This document shows positions 54,935-63,365 of a stretch of 64,000 nucleotides of DNA, piece by piece. The first letter of the stretch is position 1; each line of letters begins with the position of its first letter. The notes below the pieces were generated by a model, which saw only the letters and a program-made list of their open reading frames with translations, had not been told where the DNA came from and made no database searches. The DNA lies in the NCBI GenBank assembly GCA_964598655.1, contig CAZRCT010000002.1, positions 67,146-131,145 of the forward strand. Reading direction: 5' to 3'. Position numbers and translations under genes: made by a program. The DNA comes from an uncultured Gemmatimonadaceae bacterium (GTDB lineage Bacteria; Gemmatimonadota; Gemmatimonadetes; Gemmatimonadales; GWC2-71-9).

Positions 54935-54950
54935 TGGCACCAAGCTTGCA
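54935..54950 (+). promoter_or_regulatory. Exact-consensus sigma-54 promoter (TGGCAC-N5-TTGCA)
   Basis: tggcac caagc ttgca, read directly. It lies in the intergenic region 12 nt after the upstream stop, ~170 nt upstream of the ATG at 55121. The downstream leader is locally AT-richer. Confidence 0.6.
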
Positions 54951-55120
54951 CGTTTGCGGGGTCGTTTGTTTTCGCTAACCCATTGCTGTTCAGTACGTTA
55001 CGAGACAGGTGCCGGCTCCAGTGAGCGCCGCGTCACCTCCTCCGGGGCAAGGCTGTTGGCAGGGTGCGACACTCGGTGCCGCGTCCGCCCGGCTTCCCCC
55101 ACCCCAACCCGAGGTACCGC

Positions 55121-55918
55121 ATGTCGGCGACTCCCGGTTCTCCCCGCCCTACCCCGCTCCGGGTGGACGTGGTCATCCCGGTGCTCAACGAGGCCCACGT
55201 CCTCGAGAAGAGCGTCACCGAGGTGCGCGCCTTCCTGGCGGCCAACACCGACTGGGCCTGGCGGGTGGTGGTGGTGGACAACGGCTCCACCGACGGCACC
55301 GACCGTGTGGCGAAGATGCTGGTGGAGCGGCACGGCGACGTGCAGTTCCTGCAGCTGCCGCAGCGCGGCCGCGGGCGGGCGCTCCGGCATGCGTGGACGC
55401 AGAGCGACGCCGACATCATGAGCTACACCGACGTGGACCTCTCCACCGAGCTCGCGGCACTCCCCCGGCTGGTCAACGGCGTGGCCGGCGGGCAGTACGA
55501 CCTCGGCACCGGCTCGCGCCTCCTGCCCGCCTCGCAGACCACGCGGTCCTTCAAGCGTGAGTTCATCTCCCGCTGCTACAACCTGATGATCAAGGCCGTG
55601 CTCTGGACCAGCTTCAGCGACGCCCAGTGCGGCTTCAAGGTGGTGAGCCGGCGCGTGGTGCAGGAGATCGTGCCCAACATCAAGGACCAGGCGTGGTTCT
55701 TCGACACCGAGCTCCTGGTGCTGGCCGAGAAGCACGGCTACAAGATCATGGACATCCCGGTCCGCTGGATCGAGGACGACGACAGCCGCGTGAAGATCGT
55801 CAAGACCGCCTGGGACGACATCAAGGGCGTGGCGCGGCTCCGCTGGACGCTCTGGTTCGGCACCTTCCAGCCGGCGTCGGCGTCGCTGCCGGTCTCGAGC
55901 CGCGCGCCGGGCGCCTGA
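55121..55918 (+). CDS. Family-2 glycosyltransferase, DPM1/Alg5-like polyprenyl-phosphate sugar synthase type
   Basis: The ATG at 55121 is preceded by GAGG. It carries VDVVIPVLNEAH...VVVDNGSTDGTD...RGRGRAL...YTDVDLS...DTELLVLAEKHGY. An alternative GTG lies at 55064. Confidence 0.8.
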   Translation: MSATPGSPRPTPLRVDVVIPVLNEAHVLEKSVTEVRAFLAANTDWAWRVVVVDNGSTDGTDRVAKMLVERHGDVQFLQLPQRGRGRALRHAWTQSDADIMSYTDVDLSTELAALPRLVNGVAGGQYDLGTGSRLLPASQTTRSFKREFISRCYNLMIKAVLWTSFSDAQCGFKVVSRRVVQEIVPNIKDQAWFFDTELLVLAEKHGYKIMDIPVRWIEDDDSRVKIVKTAWDDIKGVARLRWTLWFGTFQPASASLPVSSRAPGA

Positions 55919-55952
55919 GGCGTCCCATGCCGCGCGTCCGCAGGATGCCCAC

Positions 55953-56864
55953 ATGGACATGACAGGGCCCATCGCCCTGACCGGAGCGGGCGGCTTCGTG
56001 GGCCGTCGGCTCCTCGCCCAGCTCTCTCCCGACCGCTATCCCGACGTCCGCTGTCTCATCCGCGAGCCCGCCCGGCTCGCGGCGTCGCTTCCGGCGCCGG
56101 GGTGGCGCGCGGTGGCGGGGACCCTCGCCGACGAGCAGGCGCTCGCCACGCTGGTGGCCGGCGCCCATACCGTGGTGCACCTGGCCGCCACCACCGGGAA
56201 GGCGCGGCCGGCGGAGTACACCGCCACCAACGTGGAGGGCACCCGGCGCCTCGTGGCCGCCGCCCGCGCGGCGGGCGTCCGGCGCATCATCGCGCTGTCG
56301 AGCGTGGCGGCGGGCTTCGCCGACCAGCGGCACTATCCCTACGCCGCCAGCAAGCGCGCCATGGAGCAGGTGCTCCGGGAGTGCGGCATCCCCTCGCTGA
56401 TCCTTCGCCCCACCATGATCCTGGGCGAGGGCAGTCCCGTCCTGACGGGCCTCCGGACCCTGGCCTGCGCTCCCGTCGGCATCTGCTTCGGCCCCGGCAC
56501 CCTGCCGGTGCAACCCGTCCACGTGGACGACGTGGCCGAAGTGCTGGCCGGCGCGCCGGCAGTGCCTGACGCGACCGGCCTCGTGGGCCTCGGCGGTCCC
56601 GAGGTGCTCGCCTTTCTCGACCTGCTCCGCGCCATCCGCACCCGGGGGCGCGGGCGACCAGGTCCCTTCCTGCACGTTCCGCTCGGTCCCGTGCGCGCCG
56701 CGCTGGCGCTGGCCGAGCCGCTGCTCTTTCCTGTCCTGCCGCTCACCGCGGGCCAGCTCGCATCGTTCGCGAATCCCGGCACCGTACCGGCCGAACCCTG
56801 GCCGAGCGGGCTCCGTCGCCCGACCCGGCCGCTGGCGGCAATGCTCTCCTCGCTCCATGCCTGA
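55953..56864 (+). CDS. NAD(P)-dependent SDR (extended / NmrA-like epimerase-reductase)
   Basis: IALTGAGGFVGRRLL is a Rossmann motif and YAASKRAME is YxxxK. Confidence 0.7.
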   Translation: MDMTGPIALTGAGGFVGRRLLAQLSPDRYPDVRCLIREPARLAASLPAPGWRAVAGTLADEQALATLVAGAHTVVHLAATTGKARPAEYTATNVEGTRRLVAAARAAGVRRIIALSSVAAGFADQRHYPYAASKRAMEQVLRECGIPSLILRPTMILGEGSPVLTGLRTLACAPVGICFGPGTLPVQPVHVDDVAEVLAGAPAVPDATGLVGLGGPEVLAFLDLLRAIRTRGRGRPGPFLHVPLGPVRAALALAEPLLFPVLPLTAGQLASFANPGTVPAEPWPSGLRRPTRPLAAMLSSLHA

Positions 56865-57306
56865 CTCCCCAGCCGCCCTCGCGCGGGAAAGCGCCGTCTT
56901 CGCGCGCTACCTCGCCGGCGTCACCACGACGCCCTACGTCACCCAGGCGTACGCCCGCTGCCACCCCACCATGCCCGCCCTGGCCAAGGGCGTGCCCGAC
57001 CGCTTCGACCGCTTCCTCGTGCGCGTGGCCACCGCCGGGGGCCCGTTCCCCCGCATCGCCGACGCCTACGCGCGCCGGGTGCGGCCCACGGGCCTGCTGC
57101 GGCAGAAGCTGGTGCTCATGTGCGCCGTGCTCGAGTCGAGCCCGCCCGCGCACGACTACCTCAACACCGCCGCCGCCGGCTCCCTCGCGGGGACGGTGGT
57201 CCGCATCGGCCTGGCGGGCCTGACGAGTGTCCTCGCCACCCTGGCCGGCGTCGTGCTGCTCGGCCCGGCGCACCTGGCGCTCCGCGGGAAGGGGGCGGCC
57301 GCATGA
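56857..57306 (+). CDS. Hypothetical small protein with a C-terminal hydrophobic segment
   Basis: 149-aa ORF overlapping both neighbouring genes. The segment SLAGTVVRIGLAGLTSVLATLAGVVLLG looks like a TM helix. Confidence 0.45.
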   Translation: MPDSPAALARESAVFARYLAGVTTTPYVTQAYARCHPTMPALAKGVPDRFDRFLVRVATAGGPFPRIADAYARRVRPTGLLRQKLVLMCAVLESSPPAHDYLNTAAAGSLAGTVVRIGLAGLTSVLATLAGVVLLGPAHLALRGKGAAA

Positions 57307-58913
57307 CCCACGTCGTGGTGGTGGGCTCCGGGGCCTCGGGGGTGCACTTCGCGCTCACCGCGCTGGAGCGCGGGCACGACGTGACGATGGTGGACGTAGG
57401 GATCGAGCGGCCGGCCCCGGTGGAGCGGGGCGCGAGCATCGAAGGAATGAAGGACCGGCTGGCCGATCCCGCCGCCTGGTTCCTGGGCGAGGACGGCCGC
57501 AACGTGGTGTACCCCGCCACCAAGGCCAGCTACTACGGCTTCCCGCCCAGCAAGGAATACGTCTTCCGCACGCCGGGCGCGTTCCGCTCCCGGGCGGAGC
57601 AGATGGTGCCGGTGTTCTCGTTTGCGCAGGGTGGCCTGGCCGAGGCGTGGACCGGCGGCGCCTACGCCTTCGGGCCCACGGACCTGGCCGAGTTTCCCTT
57701 CGGCTACGACGACATCGCGCCGTTCTACGCGCAGGTGGCGGAGCGGATCGGCGTCGGCGCCGAGCCGGACGATTTGGCGCAGTTCATTCCCTGCGACGCA
57801 CCGTACCTCCCGCCGCTCCCCTTCGACCCGCATTCGGCGCACCTCGTGGCGCGCTACCAGCGGGTGCGCCCGGCGCTGCAGCAGGACCTCGGCTTCTTCC
57901 TCGGCCGCTCCCGCGTGGCCACGCTGAGCCGCGGGCACCGCGGCCGCCAGGGCTGCGGGCAGCTCGGCCGCTGCTTCTGGGGCTGCCCCAACGAGTCGCT
58001 CTACACCCCGTCGTACACCCTGCGCGAGCTGCGGCAACATCCGCGCTTCACCTACATGCCCGGCCTCCTGGCCACGCACCTCGAGCAGGATGCCGGCGCC
58101 CGGATCACCGCGGTGGTGGCCCGACCGCTGGCCGGGGGCGACCCGGTGCGCGTCCCGGGCGAGGCCTTCGCCCTCGCGGCGGGCGCCCTGCCGTCCTCGG
58201 CGCTGGTGCTGGCCACCCACCACGCCCACAGCGGCGAGGTGGCGAGCCTCGAGGGGCTGATGGACAACCGGCAGGTGCACGTGCCCTTCCTCACCCCAGC
58301 CATGATGGGGAAGGAAGTGCGCACGGCGAGCTACCAGTTCCACCTCCTGGCCTTCGGCCTCACGGAGCGGAACCCGGCCGAGTACGTGCACGCGCAGATC
58401 ACCACCCTCAAGGCGGCGGCGGTGCACCCCATCGTGCAGGGCCTGCCGCTCGACCTGGCCGGCAGCCTCGGCATCTTCCGGGCCCTCCGCACCGGGCTCG
58501 CGCTGGCCAACGTCAACTTCCACGACCGGCGCCGGACCGAGAGCCGAGTGACCATCGTGCCGCGCACCGACGGGCCGGCGGAACTGCGCATCCACTACGT
58601 GGACGACCCGCAGGAAGAGGCACTCGTGGCGCGCACGCTGGGCCGGGTCAAGAAGGCCCTGGGCCGGCTGGGCTGCGTGGTCCCGCCCGGCATGACGCGG
58701 GTGCTCCCGAAGGGCACCAGCGTGCACTACTCCGGCACGCTGCCCATGACCCGCACCGACGCGGGCCGCTTCAGCTGCACCCCCGAGGGCCGGCTCCGGG
58801 GCTGGGCCAACCTCTACGTGGCCGACGGGGCGGGCTTCGCGTTCCTCCCGGCCAAGAACCTGACCTTCACGCTGATGGCCAACGCCTCACGGATCGCGAC
58901 GGCGCTGGCGTGA
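57303..58913 (+). CDS. GMC-family FAD-dependent oxidoreductase
   Basis: The ATG at 57303 overlaps the upstream stop. N-terminal VVVVGSGASGVHFA is the FAD-binding motif, and the C-terminal LYVADGAGFAFLPAKNLTFTLMANASRIA matches GMC_oxred_C. Confidence 0.7.
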   Translation: MTHVVVVGSGASGVHFALTALERGHDVTMVDVGIERPAPVERGASIEGMKDRLADPAAWFLGEDGRNVVYPATKASYYGFPPSKEYVFRTPGAFRSRAEQMVPVFSFAQGGLAEAWTGGAYAFGPTDLAEFPFGYDDIAPFYAQVAERIGVGAEPDDLAQFIPCDAPYLPPLPFDPHSAHLVARYQRVRPALQQDLGFFLGRSRVATLSRGHRGRQGCGQLGRCFWGCPNESLYTPSYTLRELRQHPRFTYMPGLLATHLEQDAGARITAVVARPLAGGDPVRVPGEAFALAAGALPSSALVLATHHAHSGEVASLEGLMDNRQVHVPFLTPAMMGKEVRTASYQFHLLAFGLTERNPAEYVHAQITTLKAAAVHPIVQGLPLDLAGSLGIFRALRTGLALANVNFHDRRRTESRVTIVPRTDGPAELRIHYVDDPQEEALVARTLGRVKKALGRLGCVVPPGMTRVLPKGTSVHYSGTLPMTRTDAGRFSCTPEGRLRGWANLYVADGAGFAFLPAKNLTFTLMANASRIATALA

Positions 58914-59030
58914 TGGAGATCACACCCCGTGCGTCCGGGCCCGCGAGGATCGTCACTCCCGTGGCCGGGGTCGCTCCATAGATTTAGGGGTCCACTGCTG
59001 CCCGTGCCTGTCCCGTGCTGGAGGAGTCCG

Positions 59031-60812
59031 ATGGTCCGGATCCGCCCCGTCGTCTCGCTGGTGTCCATGGTCGCCGCCCTCGCCGCCTGCGGCGGGAGCG
59101 GCGGGGACGGGGGCGGCACCAACCCCACGCCCACCGCGCCCAAGACCGTCACCATCACCCCGTCCCCGATCAGCCTGTTCGTGGGGGATTCGCTGCAGCT
59201 CACCGCGGTGGTCCGGGACTCCAACAACAACATCCTGGCCAACAGCACGGTCACCTGGGGGAGCGGCAACGGCGGCACGGCCACCGTGACGGCCGGCGGC
59301 CGGATCAAGGGCATCGCGGCCGGCGCCACGCAGGTCACCGCCTCGGCGAGCCCCGCCTCCGCGCAGGCCGCGGTGACCGTGTCCGCCAAGCCGGCCGGCA
59401 ACGCGTTCCATCCCAACCTGAGCACCTACATCGCCGGCAACGACATCGAGCTGGCCCGCGACGTCACGGTGGACGCCCAGGGCAACGTGATCGTGGTGGG
59501 CAACACCTACTCGGACAACTTCCCGGTGACCCCGGGCGCGTACGACGTGACCCACGCCACCGGCTTCGACCCGCCGGCGGACGCGTTCATCATGAAGATC
59601 TCGCCGGGTGGCGCGCTGGTGGCCTCCACCTTCCTGGGCGGGCCCAACTACGAGCGCATCTACGGCGTCGAGACCGACGCGCAGGGATTCATTTACGTGA
59701 GCGGGCGCGCCGGGGCCTCGTTCCCCGTGACCAACGGCGCCTTCCAGACCACCTTCGGCGGCGGCAGCACCGCCAACTTCTACGGGCCGCAGGATGCGCT
59801 GGTCTGCAAGATGCAGCCCGACCTCTCCGCCCGCGTCTGGTGCAGCTACCTCGGCGTGGGCGACGACGGCATCTCGCGCGACCTGACCATCGACGCCCAG
59901 GGCAACGTGTACGTGGTGGCGTGGACCACGGCCGGCGGGTTCCCGGCGGGCTGGTTCACCAACGCCTACCAGCCCACCAAGGGCGCCGGCGAGGACGTGC
60001 TCGTGGCCAAGATCAAGAGCGACGGCAGCCAGGTGCTCTGGGCCACCTACCTCGGCGCCTCGGGAGACGACGGCGGCACCCCCGCCATCCGGCTGGACCC
60101 GAACGGCAACGTGATCGTCCTGCTGCAGACCACCTCCCCGGACCTCCCCACCCCGGGCAGCGGCGACCACACCTACGGCGGCGGCGCCACCGACCAGTAC
60201 CTGGCCAAGCTGAGCCCCGACGGCTCGCAACTCCTGTACGGCACCTACCTGGGCGGCAACGGCGGCGAGGCCTCCGAGACCCACGGCCTCGCGGTGGATG
60301 GCAGCGGAAATGCCTACGTGGCCGTGGCCACGAGCTCCACCAACCTGACCTTCCCCTCCGGCAACTACCAGTCGCAGTTCGGCGGCGGCCAGATGGACGG
60401 GGTGCTCTGGAAGGTGGGGACCAACGGCGCGATCCTGGCCGGGACGTATTACGGCGGCAACGCGCTCGAGGGCATCCAGGGCGTCTCCACCGACGCCAAC
60501 GGCGATGTGTACTTCTCGGCCACCACCAAGTCGGCCAGCGTGCCCACCACGGTGGCCGGCGGCGGCAACGCCAATGGCCAGGGGGACGCGGTGGCCGTCA
60601 AGATGTCCTCCAGCCTGAGCCAGCTGCTCTACGCGCAGCGCTTCGGCGGCAGCGGGGACGAGACCGCGCGCGCCTCGTGGATCGGCAGCAACGGGGCGTT
60701 CGTGATCGTGGGCCAGACCGACTCCAACAACTTCCCCCTCGTCAACGCCCTCCAGTCGCAGGCGGGCGGCAGCGGCCTCGACGACGCCTGGCTGATCCGC
60801 CTGATCCCATGA
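59031..60812 (+). CDS. Lipoprotein with a Big_2 Ig-like domain and SBBP beta-propeller repeats
   Basis: GGAGGA lies 5 nt upstream of the ATG. Lipobox ...MVAALAAC. Big_2 reads ITPSPISLFVGDSLQLTAVV...VTWGS...GRIKGIAAG.ATQVTA. There are repeated units of the form D..GN.YV.G.T.S.NFP.T.GA.Q. Confidence 0.75.
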   Translation: MVRIRPVVSLVSMVAALAACGGSGGDGGGTNPTPTAPKTVTITPSPISLFVGDSLQLTAVVRDSNNNILANSTVTWGSGNGGTATVTAGGRIKGIAAGATQVTASASPASAQAAVTVSAKPAGNAFHPNLSTYIAGNDIELARDVTVDAQGNVIVVGNTYSDNFPVTPGAYDVTHATGFDPPADAFIMKISPGGALVASTFLGGPNYERIYGVETDAQGFIYVSGRAGASFPVTNGAFQTTFGGGSTANFYGPQDALVCKMQPDLSARVWCSYLGVGDDGISRDLTIDAQGNVYVVAWTTAGGFPAGWFTNAYQPTKGAGEDVLVAKIKSDGSQVLWATYLGASGDDGGTPAIRLDPNGNVIVLLQTTSPDLPTPGSGDHTYGGGATDQYLAKLSPDGSQLLYGTYLGGNGGEASETHGLAVDGSGNAYVAVATSSTNLTFPSGNYQSQFGGGQMDGVLWKVGTNGAILAGTYYGGNALEGIQGVSTDANGDVYFSATTKSASVPTTVAGGGNANGQGDAVAVKMSSSLSQLLYAQRFGGSGDETARASWIGSNGAFVIVGQTDSNNFPLVNALQSQAGGSGLDDAWLIRLIP

Positions 60813-62308
60813 TCCGACCCGCCCTCCTGCTGGTCCTGGGCGCGCTGGCCTGCGCGCCCCGGACCGGCGGCGACGCGCCCGCCGTCACCGACGCCACCGG
60901 CGCCACCATCGCCTTCTCCGCCGTGCTCGGCGGCACCCACCGCGACATGGACATGGCCCGCGACGTCCTCACCGACAGCGCGGGCGTGGTGTTCGTGGTG
61001 GGGAACGCCGCCTCCCCCGACTTCCCCGTCACCCCGGGCGCGCTCGACACCGTGCCGGGCGGCGGCCAGTTCCCAAGCGACGCCTTCGTAGCGGCGCTCG
61101 GCCCCGACGGCGCGCTCCGCTGGTCCACCGTGCTCGGCGGCCCCGGCTTCGAGCGGGCCTACGCCCTGGAGCGCCGGGCCGACGGCGACCTGGTCATCGC
61201 CGGCCGCGCGGGCGACGGGCTCCCCACCACGCCGGGCGTGGTCCAGCCCACCTTCGGCGGCGACCAGAAGAACCGCGCCCCCTACGGCCGGCAGGACGGC
61301 TTCGTCTGCCGCCTGAGCGGCGACGGCGCCACGCTCCGCTTCTGCACCTACCTCGGCGGCGCCGACAACGGCTTCATCCGCGACATGGACCTCGACGCCG
61401 AGGGCAACATCGTCGTGGTGCTGGGCTCCACCCTGGGCGACCTCCCGGCCGGGTGGTTTGCCCGCGCCGCCCAGCCGCGCCACGGCGGCGACGAGGACGT
61501 GGTAGTGGCCAAGCTCGCGGCCGACGGGACGCGGGTCCTCTGGGCCACCTATCTCGGCGGCCCGGGCAAGGAACTCGGCGCCCCCACCGTGCGCGTGGCG
61601 CCGGACGGCACGGTGCTGGTGCTCCTCAGCACCCAGTCGGCCGGGCTCCCGACGCCCGGCGGCTTCGACAGCACCCTCGGCGGGACGCAGGACCTCTACC
61701 TGGCGCGGCTGGCGCCCGACGGGTCGCGGATCGTGATGGGCACCTACGTCGGCGGCAGCGGCGTCGAGGCCATCGAGACCCACGGCCTGGCCATCGGCCC
61801 CGACAGTTCCATCTACGTCACCGGCGGCAGCGATTCGCCCGACTTCCCCACCACCCCCGGGAGCTGGCGCCCCGCGCTCGCGGACGCGCGCAACGGCTTC
61901 GTGGTGCGGGTGAGCCCGGCGGGCCGCCTGCTCGCGGGCTCGCTGGTGGGCGGGGCGGGCTGGGACTATGGGGAAGGGATTGCCACCGACGGGGCGGGCC
62001 GGGTGCTGGTCACGGGCTACACCGAGTCACCGGTGCTGGGCGGGGACTCCGCCAGCGCGGCGCTCACCGACCACGGAGACGTGATGGTGGCGCTCTTCTC
62101 GCCCGACCTGTCGCAGCTGCTCTACGGGACCCGGGTGGGCGGCAGCGACCGGGACATGGGCCGCGCCGCGGCCGTGGACCGGGACGGCTGGCTCGTGGTG
62201 GTGGGCCACACCTCGTCCGACGACTGGCCGGCCCACGGCGCCCTGCCCCGCCCGGGGGGCGGCGGGCTCGACGCCATCGTCCTCCGGCTCAGGCCCCAGG
62301 CGCCCTGA
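60809..62308 (+). CDS. SBBP beta-propeller repeat protein (probable lipoprotein), tandem paralog
   Basis: The ATG overlaps the upstream stop (ATGA). It has a signal peptide ending ...GALAC and the same repeat architecture (DSAGVVFVVGNAASPDFPVTPGA...). Confidence 0.75.
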   Translation: MIRPALLLVLGALACAPRTGGDAPAVTDATGATIAFSAVLGGTHRDMDMARDVLTDSAGVVFVVGNAASPDFPVTPGALDTVPGGGQFPSDAFVAALGPDGALRWSTVLGGPGFERAYALERRADGDLVIAGRAGDGLPTTPGVVQPTFGGDQKNRAPYGRQDGFVCRLSGDGATLRFCTYLGGADNGFIRDMDLDAEGNIVVVLGSTLGDLPAGWFARAAQPRHGGDEDVVVAKLAADGTRVLWATYLGGPGKELGAPTVRVAPDGTVLVLLSTQSAGLPTPGGFDSTLGGTQDLYLARLAPDGSRIVMGTYVGGSGVEAIETHGLAIGPDSSIYVTGGSDSPDFPTTPGSWRPALADARNGFVVRVSPAGRLLAGSLVGGAGWDYGEGIATDGAGRVLVTGYTESPVLGGDSASAALTDHGDVMVALFSPDLSQLLYGTRVGGSDRDMGRAAAVDRDGWLVVVGHTSSDDWPAHGALPRPGGGGLDAIVLRLRPQAP

Positions 62309-62320
62309 GGCGCCCGCGGC

Positions 62321-63358
62321 TCAGCGGCGCCGGCGCCCGAGCACCACGCCCACGAAGAACGCCGCCCCCGCGAGCGCCAGCGCGTACGCCAGGCGCCGCT
62401 TCCCGCCCGTCTTCTCCAGGACCCGGTCGAGCAGCGTGGGCGCGGGACGCGCCGGCTGGTTGATGTCGCGCCAGCGCTGCGGCGTGAACTCCCCCGAACT
62501 CTCCTCCGCGACGGTGTGCACCACGTAGCGCACCGAGTCGCCGGTCACGCGGACCTCGAGGTAGTTGTCGAACTGGCTCGAGAGGAGCCGGCTACCCAGG
62601 TTGTTCTGCAGCAGCGGCAGCTTCACGGGGAGCTCGATCGAGTTCTGGTAGTAGTGCACCCCGTCGCGCACCAGCGAGGAGAACTTGAGCGGCCCGTAGT
62701 CGCCGGAGAAAACGGCGCTGACGTGGGCGTCGCGGAGCAGCGGGTGGACCTCGCGCCAGAAGGCGGTGGTGTCCGGCTCCCACCAGAGCAGGTGGTGCAT
62801 CACCAGGAAGGTCTGCCGCACCCCGCCCGCCGCCGGGAGGGAGTCCCGCAGGAAACCGACCTGCGCGGGGGTGAGCGACACGCCGCGGATATAGGCGCGG
62901 CGGGCCGAGACGCTGTCGCCATCCCCCGGGATCCAGGCGCTCGAGACGCTGATGAAGCGGACCGGCCCCACCCGGGTGACCAGCGGCAGGGGGCCGTAGC
63001 GGCGGAACCAGGCGTCGCGGGTGACGGGGTCGTTGATGTCGTGGTTGCCGGGCGCGCGGATCACCGGCACGCCCAGCGTGGCGAGCGCCGAGTCCAACGC
63101 GTTCCACTGCGCCTCGATCTTCGCGGGATCCACCGGGACCGTCTGCACCTCGCCCCAGATGATGTCGCCCGGGAGCACCACCGCCTGGGGCTTGAGCTCG
63201 CGCACCCGCTCCAGCAGCTCGGCGAGGCGGGGGCTCAGGTCGCCCTCGACGCCGCCGCGGATGTGGCCCAGCACCACGAAGCAGAAGGTACTGTCGGGCG
63301 GGGGCGCAGACGGGGCAGGCGCGGCGAGGAGCGTGGCAGCCAGGAGCGTGGCGAACAT
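62321..63358 (-). CDS. Calcineurin-like metallophosphoesterase with a signal peptide and a C-terminal TM anchor plus RRRR tail
   Basis: VVLGHIRGG...VVLPGDIIWGE...APGNHD...MHHLLW are metallophosphoesterase motifs. The C-terminus reads ...LAYALALAGAAFFVGVVLGRRRR. Confidence 0.75.
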   Translation of the reverse strand: MFATLLAATLLAAPAPSAPPPDSTFCFVVLGHIRGGVEGDLSPRLAELLERVRELKPQAVVLPGDIIWGEVQTVPVDPAKIEAQWNALDSALATLGVPVIRAPGNHDINDPVTRDAWFRRYGPLPLVTRVGPVRFISVSSAWIPGDGDSVSARRAYIRGVSLTPAQVGFLRDSLPAAGGVRQTFLVMHHLLWWEPDTTAFWREVHPLLRDAHVSAVFSGDYGPLKFSSLVRDGVHYYQNSIELPVKLPLLQNNLGSRLLSSQFDNYLEVRVTGDSVRYVVHTVAEESSGEFTPQRWRDINQPARPAPTLLDRVLEKTGGKRRLAYALALAGAAFFVGVVLGRRRR

Positions 63359-63365
63359 CGGGGCC

